Positions 1 through 9,580 are shown, counted from the stretch's first letter. The stretch: DNA of 64,000 bases from Nitrosopumilaceae archaeon (GCA_965203465.1 CBDBCR010000001.1:64001-128000); one strand, 5' to 3'. A program made the numbers and translations. The notes: generated by a model not told the origin, from the letters alone.

Positions 1-1219
1 CAAACAGGGCCGACAGGTTGCTCCAGCAGCTGTCGCCGTCCGGGTCTTGCTCGTAGCCGTCCAGTTTGGCGCGCATCGACTGGAGGGAGAGCTTGCCGTA
101 GCGCGGATCCGAGACGGGCAGTAGGTTGCGCGACTCTGCATACAGGATAAACCACGTGCGATACAGGACCGTGAGCGCGTCTTCTTTTGCTTTTGCGAGA
201 TCTGCCATGTCGAATTTTGTCTTCATGTCGTGATCCAGCATCCCTTTCGCGATGTCCAGGAACAGCCCGTCGGTGGCCAGTATCTTGGAGCGCAGGTCTT
301 CCTCCAGCGACTGGGCCTTTGTGCGGGACTGTTCAAGAATCTCTTTGATCTGCAGGGGCTTGCCTCTGTACGTGTCGGCGCCGAAGAACACTGCCAGGCA
401 CTTTAGCGTCTCCAGATCCCCGTCTCCCACGTAGACTGCCAAGTAGTTGGTCGTGGACGCGGAGACGTGTCTGGTGTACAGCCTCCACTCCTCGCCGTTG
501 GTCAGCACCACCCAGTCGGCGTGCTTCAGCTCGGCCACGGCCGTATAACTCGGCGCCACGTCGCTCCTCGTCCTCACGCTTAGGTCGCCGGCCGGTGCCA
601 CGATTACCGACGCATTCTCGAACCTGTATGTCTTGCCGTCTTTTTCCGCGCGTTCAAGGGACCACCCGAGCGCCTCCAGCACAGGCTCGGCACTGTTCCC
701 GAGTGCGCGCCGCGCCGCCTCCGCTTCCGGCTTCACGTCGCGCCTTAGATCATCCCACAGCCTGTTCTTCAGGTAATGGTTCGAAAAGATGCCCCGGTTG
801 TCCCAGCACGTGCTGTCTTGTGTCTGGAGTTTGTCGATAGCCTTGCTGAGGCCCACCCTATACCCGATCTCCGTCGCGGCCGAAATGTTGCACGACTCGA
901 GTGTCTTTTTGATGCGCCTGCACTCGGCCTCGCGATCTGCCAGCACCGAGCAGCTCTTGTTGGCGGCCCTGACGAGCAGCATCTCTTTGGGCGCAAACAG
1001 CACCACGCATTGGTCGGTCTTTACCTCTTTTTTGAGCTCGGCGAGGCTCTTGGGTCCTGCGGCCACCAAGATGACCGGCACGGGCGGGTCGGCGCCGTCC
1101 GTCCTCTGGATGCTGTAGCATTCCCACCCGCGCCCAAACTCCAGCCTCTGCCGCTGTTTCGGATCAACGTCGAACAGAGGCAGCAGGCTTTCTACGCAAG
1201 ACGCGGTTTGCCCAGACAT
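1..1219 (-). CDS. Type IIG-like restriction-modification enzyme (Eco57I/fused REase-MTase class), N-terminal part; runs off the window edge
   Basis: Missing from the ORF track because it has no stop in the window. Manual translation from ATG 1219 gives MSGQTASCVESLLPLF...GIFSNHYLKNRLW...ADWVVLTNGEEWRLYT...LYRTWFILYAESRNLLPV...CWSNLSALF. The W-x-x-LTNG-x-x-WRLY and LYR-x-x-FILYAE-x-R motifs are typical of fused type IIG enzymes. Confidence 0.75.
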   Translation of the reverse strand, partial: MSGQTASCVESLLPLFDVDPKQRQRLEFGRGWECYSIQRTDGADPPVPVILVAAGPKSLAELKKEVKTDQCVVLFAPKEMLLVRAANKSCSVLADREAECRRIKKTLESCNISAATEIGYRVGLSKAIDKLQTQDSTCWDNRGIFSNHYLKNRLWDDLRRDVKPEAEAARRALGNSAEPVLEALGWSLERAEKDGKTYRFENASVIVAPAGDLSVRTRSDVAPSYTAVAELKHADWVVLTNGEEWRLYTRHVSASTTNYLAVYVGDGDLETLKCLAVFFGADTYRGKPLQIKEILEQSRTKAQSLEEDLRSKILATDGLFLDIAKGMLDHDMKTKFDMADLAKAKEDALTVLYRTWFILYAESRNLLPVSDPRYGKLSLQSMRAKLDGYEQDPDGDSCWSNLSALF

Positions 1220-1391
1220 CGGGCGGGCCCGACACGTGCCATAATTAAGAGTAGGTTCGGCGCCTGCACGGGCAGACCTCTTGTATCGAAATTTGGTCTG
1301 CCTAAGCCGCGGATCTCCTATAACATCCAATCATACCTTATAGATCTGACCGCGAGGAAAGGCATTAATTCCACACGTTCCGATCGGCTGC

Positions 1392-3239
1392 ATGGACAAG
1401 ACCGTCGACATCACCCCCGACAAGAGCCTCGTCAGCAAGCTGGGCCGCACGGGGTACCGCACCGAGCAGGCCGTCGCGGAACTGATAGACAACGCCATAG
1501 ACGCGCGGCTGGACGGCAAGACTAGCATCGAGGTGACGCTGAACTTTAGGATGGGCCGGATCACCGTCTCGGACGACGGGCGCGGGATGGGTGCCAAGGC
1601 CCTGGCAGACGCGTTCACCATCGCAAGAGAGACGGGCGGAACGGGCCTGGGGCGGTTCGGCATGGGGATGAAGAGCGCCTGCTCGAGCCTCGGCAAGGCG
1701 TTCACGGTGACCACCACGGAGGCCGGCTCGGGCGCAGAGCTGACCGCAGAATACGACGAGGATGAGTGGCTGAGAGACGACTCGCGCGGATGGGAGAGCT
1801 TTGCAATCGCCGAGAACGCGGCGGACAGGAAAAGCCACGGCACGACCGTGGCAGTCAGCAACCTCAGGGTCCCGCTGTACCCAAACCAGGCGCCCAACTT
1901 TCGGAGCAGGTTCGGCGTGCGCTACGGCCCCTACATGGAGGGCGGGCAGGTCGAGATCACGGTCAACGGGCGCGCGTGCAAGCCCGCGAGGCAGGATCTC
2001 CGCGAGGGCACTCGGCGCGAGATCGCCGCAGAGCTGCCCGGCGGCAGAAAGATCGGCGGCTGGGTGGGCGCGCTGGACAAGAGATCCGCAAAGGGCGACG
2101 ACGGGATACACCTCTACTGGAACGGCAGGCTGATCAAGTCCCACGCAAAGTTCGGCGTACGGGACCACCCCGAAGTGGCGGGAATAGTGGGCGCGCTGTC
2201 CCTGGATCACGTGCCGGTGAACTTCCACAAGACCGGGTTCATAGAAGAGTCCCCGCTGTACGCCGAGGCAGAAGAGTGGTTCAGAAAGAGCCCCGCGCTG
2301 GCGGACGCCCTCAGGGCCTGTGCGCGCAAAAGCGGCAAGCCGGACGCGCGGGACGCCTTTGCCGGACCCAAGGCGCTGGAGGCTAGAATGGGCATGGGCA
2401 GGGCCGAATCCTTTCTGCGCGGCGCAAAGGGGTTCGCGGCGGAGAAGGGCGGCTTCAAGATGGACGTGAGTTTCGGAGACGGCGGCGGGGGCATATACGA
2501 GACAGAAAAGGCGCCCGGCGGGGCGCGGATAAGGATAGAGAGGGACAGCCCGGCGTTCAGGGCGTTCCGCAACCCCCTGCTCCTGCTCGGCTGGATAGGC
2601 ATAGAGGCGGAGCTGCTGGCCTCGGGCCCGCGCGACGCGGAGGCGTTCGTGCGCGAGCGCAACAGGCGGTGGGCCGAGTTTGCAAAAGAGTCGCTTCCGC
2701 GCGAGGCGGCGGCGGAGCGGCCGCGCAAAATCCGACCGCGCGCCCCCGGCTATTCGCTCGCAGACGATCTCGTGGGGCTGCACGACGAGCTTGTGGAGGA
2801 CTTTAGGCACCGGTTCCAGTTCACCGCGGCAAGCACGCTCTCGCCCTTTATGCGGATCTCGCACGCCAAGGCCGTGTACACGCTCCATGTCGCCAGGGGG
2901 ACCGGAGACCAGATGGCAGAGGCCATAGGCGGCGAGTTCGTCGCCCTGCTCAACCCAGCGAGCGCCGAGGTGTACACGGCACTGGATCTGGGGCACGACA
3001 GGATCGTCGTGGTGAGGGAGCGCTCCGAGAGGATGCCCGAGACGTGGGCGCCGCCCGAAAAGGCGTGGCTGGATCTGTACCGCGAATCCACAAAGGGCAA
3101 TCTGACCATGTACGCAGACGAGCTGGACTGGGTGCTCGAGGATCTGGTCGACAAGGGCCTTGCCAGCACGGCCAGAATCAAGTCCCTCGCGAGGCGGTAC
3201 GGGATGGCTCGCGACATAGAGGCGTTTCTGGAGGAGTAG
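1392..3239 (+). CDS. MORC-like GHKL ATPase (HATPase_c_3 plus S5 fold) with C-terminal AbiEi-antitoxin-like domain
   Basis: GHKL boxes AVAELIDNAIDA, VSDDGRGM, GRFGMGMKSA and HGTTV; S5-like GIHLYWNGRLIK; C-terminal APPEKAWLDLY resembles the AbiEi PEKAxxD motif. Confidence 0.75.
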   Translation: MDKTVDITPDKSLVSKLGRTGYRTEQAVAELIDNAIDARLDGKTSIEVTLNFRMGRITVSDDGRGMGAKALADAFTIARETGGTGLGRFGMGMKSACSSLGKAFTVTTTEAGSGAELTAEYDEDEWLRDDSRGWESFAIAENAADRKSHGTTVAVSNLRVPLYPNQAPNFRSRFGVRYGPYMEGGQVEITVNGRACKPARQDLREGTRREIAAELPGGRKIGGWVGALDKRSAKGDDGIHLYWNGRLIKSHAKFGVRDHPEVAGIVGALSLDHVPVNFHKTGFIEESPLYAEAEEWFRKSPALADALRACARKSGKPDARDAFAGPKALEARMGMGRAESFLRGAKGFAAEKGGFKMDVSFGDGGGGIYETEKAPGGARIRIERDSPAFRAFRNPLLLLGWIGIEAELLASGPRDAEAFVRERNRRWAEFAKESLPREAAAERPRKIRPRAPGYSLADDLVGLHDELVEDFRHRFQFTAASTLSPFMRISHAKAVYTLHVARGTGDQMAEAIGGEFVALLNPASAEVYTALDLGHDRIVVVRERSERMPETWAPPEKAWLDLYRESTKGNLTMYADELDWVLEDLVDKGLASTARIKSLARRYGMARDIEAFLEE

Positions 3240-3315
3240 CGCGGGGCGCCCCGGGTGTTTTTCCGCAAGGGCGGCCCACAAAGGGTTTTAACCGGAGCGC
3301 GCCGGCCGCGGATGG

Positions 3316-3792
3316 TTGGCCAAGTTCAAAAAGCGCCGCCACGGGCCCACCCAGAGCAGGGACCCGCAGAGGCCGCCGGCCGAGGCAAAGCCCGATCCCC
3401 CCCCGGAGGCAAAGCCCGAGCCGGAGGCGCCCGCGGAACAGCCCCCCGAGATACCCATCGGCGCGGTGCAGCAGGACGAAAAGGACACAAAGCTCAACAT
3501 TCTCTTTTGGCTGCGCGTGGCCTGCGCGGTCGGGGCCGGCACGGCGGCCACGTTCCTGTTCGATTCCTACGAGGGCGAGGAGAGGCGGTGGGCCTCGATA
3601 GGCTTCATGATAGCCGTGTTCATAGGCACCATCATCTACGCAAAGTCCATGAGGATACCGTTCTCGCTGGCCGACAGGAAAAAGCTGGTCACGCAGGGGA
3701 TAGGCAGCTACATCTTCCTGTACCTGTTCGTCTGGATCATAACGTACACGCTGGCCAACCTGGACGGCAACCCGCAGGTGCCGTTCCCCTGA
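3316..3792 (+). CDS. Hypothetical membrane protein (Pro-rich N-terminus, about 3 TM helices)
   Basis: TTG start about 22 nt after TTTTAA box; hydrophobic segments; first gene of the cbi operon. Confidence 0.75.
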   Translation: MAKFKKRRHGPTQSRDPQRPPAEAKPDPPPEAKPEPEAPAEQPPEIPIGAVQQDEKDTKLNILFWLRVACAVGAGTAATFLFDSYEGEERRWASIGFMIAVFIGTIIYAKSMRIPFSLADRKKLVTQGIGSYIFLYLFVWIITYTLANLDGNPQVPFP

Positions 3793-4382
3793 CGTGGCCG
3801 CACGGCACGCCGGGCATCCCCGACGAGATGTTCGAGCGCGACGAAAAGGTCCCCATAACAAAGGAGGAAGTCCGGGCCGTGCAGATCTCAAAGGCGCGCC
3901 TCTCAAAGGGCTGCACGGTCCACGACGTGGGCTGCGGCAGCGGCTCCATGACCGTCGAGGCGCGCGTGCAGGCCGGCCCGGCCGGCTCGGTCCACGCCAT
4001 AGACCGCGACCCCAGGGCCGTGCTGCTCACCCGCAAAAACCTGGAGCGCTTCGGCCTCGAGGCGCGGGTCTCCGAGGCCGAGGCGGCCGACATAATACCG
4101 GACTTGCCAGAGGCCGACGCGATACTGGTCGGCGGCACCGGCGGGCAGACCCCCGACATAATGCGGCTGTGCCGCGGCAGGCTCAAAAAAGGCGGCCGGC
4201 TCGTGGTCGGCGTCATACAGATAGAGACGCTCAACGCGGCCCTCGGGGTGCTCTACGAACCGGGTCTCAAGGAACCCGACGTAGTCCAGATATCGGTCTC
4301 CAAGAGCAGAAAGACCTCGACGGGCACCATGATGCTCGCGCGCAACCCCGTGACCGTGCTCTCGGCGACCAGAGATTTTTAA
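3792..4382 (+). CDS. cbiT: Cobalt-precorrin-6B C15-methyltransferase (decarboxylating)
   Basis: TPGIPDEMFER...PITKEEVRA, DVGCGSGS SAM motif, C-terminal MMLARNPV; start uncertain (ACG 3792 or ATG 3828). Confidence 0.9.
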   Translation, partial: TWPHGTPGIPDEMFERDEKVPITKEEVRAVQISKARLSKGCTVHDVGCGSGSMTVEARVQAGPAGSVHAIDRDPRAVLLTRKNLERFGLEARVSEAEAADIIPDLPEADAILVGGTGGQTPDIMRLCRGRLKKGGRLVVGVIQIETLNAALGVLYEPGLKEPDVVQISVSKSRKTSTGTMMLARNPVTVLSATRDF

Positions 4383-4404
4383 CGGGAGGCGCCGGGCGGC
4401 GGCC

Positions 4405-5121
4405 ATGGCGGGCATAACCGGCATAGGCGTGGGGCCCGGCGACCCCGACCTGCTGACAGTAAAGGCCGCGCGGACAATACGCGAAGCCGACGTGGTGATG
4501 TGCCCGGCCTCGGCTGAGGACAGGCCGAGCATAGCCCTCTCCGTGGTAAAGGATCTGGTCGACGAGTCGCGCCAGCGCGTGATAAAGCTGATCTTTCCCA
4601 TGACAAAGGACAAAGAAGTGCTCCAAGACACGTGGAAGAGAAACGCCGAGACGATGGCAGAGACGGCGAGGGGTGGCCTCGACGTGGTATATTTGACGGT
4701 CGGCGATCCGTTCCTGTACAGCACCTGGATATACATGGACAGGCACCTCAGGTCAAAGCACCCCGAGATACCCGTATCCGCCATACCGGGCGTGGTCTCC
4801 ATCTTTACGTTCGCCTCAAAGGCGGGCGTGAGCATAGCGGAGGGCGCCGAAAAGGTGGCCATCATACCGTCCTGCTACGACCTCTCCGCGGTGCGCGAGG
4901 TCGCCAGAAACTCCGAGGTCATGGTGTTCCTAAAGGACGGCAGGTACTTCGACCAGGTGATACAGGTTCTCAAAGAGTCTGGGTTCCCGGGCGGTTCCAC
5001 GTTCGCCATAGGGCAGGACCTCGGCACGAAAGACGAGCTCATAACAAAGACTACGCTGGCCGAAGCCGCCGACGGCATCGCCTCAAAGTACTTTTCGGTG
5101 CTGGTGGTAAAGCGTGCATAA
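4405..5121 (+). CDS. cbiL: Cobalt-precorrin-2 C20-methyltransferase
   Basis: GIGVGPGDPDLLTVKA, FPMTKD, YLTVGDPFLYST, YFSVLVV. Confidence 0.92.
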   Translation: MAGITGIGVGPGDPDLLTVKAARTIREADVVMCPASAEDRPSIALSVVKDLVDESRQRVIKLIFPMTKDKEVLQDTWKRNAETMAETARGGLDVVYLTVGDPFLYSTWIYMDRHLRSKHPEIPVSAIPGVVSIFTFASKAGVSIAEGAEKVAIIPSCYDLSAVREVARNSEVMVFLKDGRYFDQVIQVLKESGFPGGSTFAIGQDLGTKDELITKTTLAEAADGIASKYFSVLVVKRA

Positions 5122-5878
5122 GGTGCGGTTCGTGGGGTGCGGGCCCGGCGATCCCGACCTGATCACCGTAAAGGCCAAAAAGGTGGTTCAGAGGGCGCGC
5201 ACCGTCGTGTACTCGGGCTCCCTGATACCCGAGCCGATAATATCGATGTGCAAAAGGGCCCGGCTACACGACGCCTCGGGCCTGGTCAGGGAGCAGATAA
5301 CCGAGCTGCTCTACGAGGGCGCCAAAAAGGGGAGCACGGTGCGCCTGCACGACGGGGATCCGGCCATATACGGCGCCATAAAGGAGCAGATCGACGCGCT
5401 AGCCGAGAGGGGCGTGGAATCGGAGGTAATACCGGGCGTCACGGCCCTGCTGGCAGCCTCGGCCGCGCTGGGCGTGCAGCTGACCCTGCCGGGCGTCACG
5501 CAGACCGTAATACTGAGCAGGGCCGAGGCGCGCACAAAGGTGCCCGAGCGCGAATCCACCAGGTCGCTTGCAGGCCACGGGGCCACCATGGCGTTCTACC
5601 TGAGCGCCCACCTGCTGCCGCGCATAGCAAAGGAGGCCGTGGACGGCGGCTATCCCAAAGACACGCCGGCGGCGGTCGTGTACAGGGCGAGCTGGCCGGA
5701 CCAAAAGATAGTGAAAGGGACGCTGAAAGACATCGCCGCAAAGACCCGCAAGGCCGGCATAACCCGCACCGCCGTTGTCCTGGTGGGCGCGGCGCTCGAG
5801 CCGGACGAGTACGAGCACTCGCGCCTCTACGACAGCTCGTTCAGCCACGGGTACCGGCGCGCCTCACGCGGCGCCTGA
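5114..5878 (+). CDS. cbiF: Cobalt-precorrin-4 C11-methyltransferase
   Basis: VGCGPGDPDLITVKA, VRLHDGDPAIYGAIKEQ, VYRASWPD, SRLYDSSFSHGYR. Confidence 0.93.
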   Translation: MHKVRFVGCGPGDPDLITVKAKKVVQRARTVVYSGSLIPEPIISMCKRARLHDASGLVREQITELLYEGAKKGSTVRLHDGDPAIYGAIKEQIDALAERGVESEVIPGVTALLAASAALGVQLTLPGVTQTVILSRAEARTKVPERESTRSLAGHGATMAFYLSAHLLPRIAKEAVDGGYPKDTPAAVVYRASWPDQKIVKGTLKDIAAKTRKAGITRTAVVLVGAALEPDEYEHSRLYDSSFSHGYRRASRGA

Positions 5879-6575
5879 CGCCGAGCCTTCGCAGCGCCAC
5901 CTCGAACTTTTCGGGGTCCGCGTTGGCGTATATCCGCATGGACGCGCGGCGGGACGGCGCCGCTCTTGCGGCCACGCGGCGCGCCACGCAGTCGGCCGGA
6001 TCCACGAACCGGACGCGCGGCATCTGCCTTTCCATGCCGCCCCGCAGCAGGGCGAGGTGCGTGCTGGACAGCGTGGCCGCGTCCACCCCGAGATCTTTCA
6101 GCCTGGCCGCCAGTTCCCTGATCTGCGCGCGCCCCCCGCGGCCCGACTGGGCCGCGTCGATCAGCTCGGAGCAGTCCAGTTTGTACACGCGCGCGGCCAC
6201 CCCCTGACCCCGGACGTACCCCGCCAAGGCGCGGCTCCTGGCCGCAGACTTGGTGGTCAGCACGGCGACGCTGCCGGCGCGCGACAGGCGCGCGGCCTCG
6301 CGGATCGGCGGATAGACCCCTATCACGCCGCGCGGCTCGCCCAGAAGCAGGGTGGGCGTATTGGAGGCCATGACCGTCACGTCCGGGCGAAAGAGCCTGC
6401 GGATCTCCGAGAGGGTGCCGCGTATGGTGCGGGCCAGCTGCGCCTTGGAGCGCCCCCCGTACGGGTACCCGGCCAGGTCGGCGTACCATATCAGCTCGCA
6501 CCTCAGGCGGCGCCTGACGGCCCGCGCCACCGAGAGCGAGCCTGTCCCCGAATCGAATACGGCCACCCGCGCCAC
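5841..6575 (-). CDS. Asp/Glu racemase (MurI-like) family protein; both catalytic Cys are Ser
   Basis: VAVFDSGTGSLSV, YADLAGYPYG, ASNTPT (canonical ACNTA), LSSTHL (canonical LGCTH). Confidence 0.85.
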   Translation of the reverse strand: MARVAVFDSGTGSLSVARAVRRRLRCELIWYADLAGYPYGGRSKAQLARTIRGTLSEIRRLFRPDVTVMASNTPTLLLGEPRGVIGVYPPIREAARLSRAGSVAVLTTKSAARSRALAGYVRGQGVAARVYKLDCSELIDAAQSGRGGRAQIRELAARLKDLGVDAATLSSTHLALLRGGMERQMPRVRFVDPADCVARRVAARAAPSRRASMRIYANADPEKFEVALRRLGVRRRVRRAGTRG

Positions 6576-6666
6576 GCCCCGGGCACGGGCGGGGTCAGAT
6601 AAAGCTGACCCCGTGTCATAGATAGTAGACGCAGGCCATTAAAACCGGATCCCATGATAAGGGGGC

Positions 6667-7314
6667 ATGCCGAACTTTGACAAGACGTGGTCTCAAAAGC
6701 AGTCCTCCAGCATGACCGACCGCCTGCGCGGGGCGGTAAAGCCCCAGGGCGCCCTAAAGCCGCGCATCGAGGAGGCCGTCCACAGGTTGGATGTGCAGAC
6801 CTCCAAGATGGACGCCATGCTGGGCAAGCTGCGCGAGCGCGACGCGTCCCTCTTCCAGAGGGTCGTGGACGCCATGCAGAGGCACGACGCGTCGGAGAGC
6901 AGGGTGCTCTCCAACGAGCTGGCCGAGATCCGCAAAGTCTCAAAGATGCTGGGCGGCGCAAAGATGTCGCTGGAGCAGGTGAAGCTGCGCCTCACCACGA
7001 TCCACGACCTGGGCGACGCCATGGTGGCGATAGGCCCCGCGATGGGCACCATGAAGGGTCTGAAATCGTCGCTGGGCAAGTTCATGCCCGAGGCCGACTC
7101 GGAGCTGAGCGCGATGACGCAGACCCTCAACGGCCTGATGATGGACTCGCTCGCGGGCGACTCGTTCACCGTCGAGGCCGAGGCCTCCAACGCGGACACC
7201 GAGCGGATCCTCGCAGAGGCCGCCGCCGTCGCCGAGCAGCAGGTCGGGGCAAAGTTCCCGTCCGTGCCCGGTCCTGCCGGGATGCAGTCGGAGAACACGT
7301 CCACCTACGAGTAG
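6667..7314 (+). CDS. cdvB: ESCRT-III/Snf7 cell-division protein CdvB paralogue
   Basis: Helical Snf7 core (LSNELAEIRK, LEQVKLRLTTIHDLGD, ILAEAAAVAE); paralogue at 35026-35670. Confidence 0.88.
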   Translation: MPNFDKTWSQKQSSSMTDRLRGAVKPQGALKPRIEEAVHRLDVQTSKMDAMLGKLRERDASLFQRVVDAMQRHDASESRVLSNELAEIRKVSKMLGGAKMSLEQVKLRLTTIHDLGDAMVAIGPAMGTMKGLKSSLGKFMPEADSELSAMTQTLNGLMMDSLAGDSFTVEAEASNADTERILAEAAAVAEQQVGAKFPSVPGPAGMQSENTSTYE

Positions 7315-7315
7315 G

Positions 7316-7720
7316 CTACTTTTTCATTTTTTTGAGCTCGCCTGGCGCGCCGGCCCGCGCGCCGTCGAGCCAGACGCGCTCGCCGTCGCGCAGCGAATCG
7401 AACTCTGAGTCTTCGGCTATGAGCAGCGGTATGCCCGAGACCGCGCAGCCGGCTACGACCGTCGCGTCGGCTTTTCTGCACACCATGGCCGCCGGCGCCA
7501 CGCCGTTGGCGCGCAAAGCGTACACCGTGTAGGCGCCCACGCTGCTGCCGGACCCGTGCGGGAAGGCCAGCACCGCGCCGGCAAAGTGTCTGCCGTGCAG
7601 CGGGTGCGACGGGTCCTTGACGGCGCCGGAGGCCGCGTCTACGGCGCCGAGAAAATTTATGGGCTCGTCGGACTTTAGCACCGCGCCGGAGGCGGCGCCG
7701 GCCACTATCACGCGGCCCAT
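7316..7720 (-). CDS. AcnX small subunit (DUF126), phosphomevalonate dehydratase small subunit
   Basis: MGRVIVAG..., PINFLGAVD...G, LAFPHGSGSSVGAY, GCAVSGIPL; overlaps the large-subunit gene. Confidence 0.88.
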   Translation of the reverse strand: MGRVIVAGAASGAVLKSDEPINFLGAVDAASGAVKDPSHPLHGRHFAGAVLAFPHGSGSSVGAYTVYALRANGVAPAAMVCRKADATVVAGCAVSGIPLLIAEDSEFDSLRDGERVWLDGARAGAPGELKKMKK

Positions 7721-8859
7721 TCGGTCTCCTCCTCGAGTATCTTGGAGAGCGGCCTGAGCGAGACGCCCACGCCAGACGACTTTAGGTAGTAGGCGCCCTT
7801 TACGCTGTTGGTGGTGACCGCATCGAAGCGGTCCGCCGAGAGCAGCGGGCTGAGGCACGCGCAGCAGTCCGAGAGCAGGCGCGCGCCGGCCTTTTCTATC
7901 GTGCCGGCCTCTCCGCTGCGTCGGGCCGCCTCGGCCGCGGGCCGCGGGCAGAACACCACGCAGTCTTTGCGGAACTTTCTGCCCTCCAGCATTCTTGCAA
8001 GGTCGGACAGCTCGGAGGGGCCAAGCTGAGGGCTGCCCAGCACCACTACATCGCCCTTTTCGGCGGTGTCCAGCTCGTCGCGCACCGCCGAGAGCTCTGT
8101 TTTGCCGAACGGTACCTTTTCGGCGCACGAGCCGCCCAAGGTAAACTTTGAGCAGGCCCCCGACGTACCCATGCCGCCGCACAGCGCCTTGCACGAGCGC
8201 CTGTCCGGCTCTGCGGTCCCCGATATGGCTATCGAGGTGCCCGTCCTGCCGGCAAAGAACCCGAGCAGCCCCCAGTCCAGCTCGTCCATCCTTCCCAGCT
8301 CCGAGCTGACCTCTATGTCGGGCAGGTTCTGCCCGCGCGCGCGGGTCAGCGGGCTCTTGCCGGTCAGCGCGCTGGCGAGCGCGCTAAAGGCGCTCTCCTT
8401 GTCCGTTTTCAGGCCGTTTACGGAATTTGCGTGTATGGCAGCGTTGCTCTCGGCAAAGGCCACCTGCTCGCCCGGCCCGGGCATGCCGAACACGTCGTAG
8501 GGCACGCAGGTGAACGAAGGTTCCACTCCCATGCGCGCGTACGAATCAGATATGCTCTGCTGCTTTTCGAGGAATTCGGCCGAAAGGCCCGACGGGCTGC
8601 GCATGTCCAGGCCCATCGGGTTGAGCGTGGTGCGCACGCGCACCCGGGCGCCCGGCTTGCGCGATATGGAATCGAGGAACCGCTCGCCGGCGTCCCCTAT
8701 GGTGTTGTAGTTTACGCCCGACAGGTGGGCCCAGGATACCGGCACCAGTTTTTCGGCGCCAGAGGCCTCGCCGACGGCCGAGAGCACCCGGTAGGCGGTC
8801 TGCTGCACCTCGCCGTGCTCGCCGCGCAACGCCGCCTCGCCGTACCTGTCCAGCTCCAC
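7708..8859 (-). CDS. AcnX large subunit (DUF521), phosphomevalonate dehydratase large subunit
   Basis: GTG start (VELDRYGE), AHLSGVNYNTIGDAG, TCVPY, AFAESNA, GSPQL, DCCACLSP, TTNSVKGAYY. Confidence 0.9.
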   Translation of the reverse strand: MELDRYGEAALRGEHGEVQQTAYRVLSAVGEASGAEKLVPVSWAHLSGVNYNTIGDAGERFLDSISRKPGARVRVRTTLNPMGLDMRSPSGLSAEFLEKQQSISDSYARMGVEPSFTCVPYDVFGMPGPGEQVAFAESNAAIHANSVNGLKTDKESAFSALASALTGKSPLTRARGQNLPDIEVSSELGRMDELDWGLLGFFAGRTGTSIAISGTAEPDRRSCKALCGGMGTSGACSKFTLGGSCAEKVPFGKTELSAVRDELDTAEKGDVVVLGSPQLGPSELSDLARMLEGRKFRKDCVVFCPRPAAEAARRSGEAGTIEKAGARLLSDCCACLSPLLSADRFDAVTTNSVKGAYYLKSSGVGVSLRPLSKILEEETEWAA

Positions 8860-8935
8860 GGGGGCGGGGCCGGGGCGTCCCAAAAATAGGCTTGCTCCGC
8901 CGCAGATATAGCGGGGCCCGGCGGGGGGCAGGGCG

Positions 8936-9580
8936 TTGCGCAGGATGCTGGACGGCATGAGAAAGACGATGGAGGAGGTGCGCCCCCCCAGGATGACGGC
9001 CCTGCGCGAGCTCCACGAGGCCGAATGCGGCCCGTTCCAGATACTGGTGGGGACCATACTGTCGGCGCGCACGCGCGACGAAAACACCGCCGAGGTCTCA
9101 AAGAGGCTCTTTGCTAGGTATCCGGATCCGGCCCGGCTGGCCCGCGCCAAAAAAAAGGACGTCGAGCGCGTCATAAAGTCCATCGGGTTCTACCGCGTAA
9201 AGGCGGGCCGCATAATCGAGGTGGCCAAGATAATAGACGGCAGGTACGGCGGCCGGGTTCCCAAAGATCTGGAAAAGCTGGTAGAGCTGCCCGGCGTGGG
9301 CCGCAAGACTGCAAACTGCGTGCTGGTGTACGCGTTCGGCGAGCCGGCCATACCCGTAGATACGCACGTGCACCGGATATCCAACAGGCTCGGCTTGGTG
9401 GAGACCCGCACGCCCGAAGAGACCGAGGCCGCGCTGGCCAAAAAGATCCCCAAAAAGTTCTGGCTGGAGATAAACGACACGTTCGTGATGTACGGGCAGA
9501 ACATATGCAGGCCCGTCTCGCCCATGTGCGGCAGGTGCAGGATACGGCGCTCGTGCAGGTACGCTAGCGGCGCTTCGTGA
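8936..9580 (+). CDS. nth: Endonuclease III (HhH-GPD glycosylase/AP lyase)
   Basis: ILSARTRD, LPGVGRKTAN, VDTHVHRISNRLG, C-x6-C-x2-C-x5-C Fe-S motif. Confidence 0.95.
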   Translation: MRRMLDGMRKTMEEVRPPRMTALRELHEAECGPFQILVGTILSARTRDENTAEVSKRLFARYPDPARLARAKKKDVERVIKSIGFYRVKAGRIIEVAKIIDGRYGGRVPKDLEKLVELPGVGRKTANCVLVYAFGEPAIPVDTHVHRISNRLGLVETRTPEETEAALAKKIPKKFWLEINDTFVMYGQNICRPVSPMCGRCRIRRSCRYASGAS

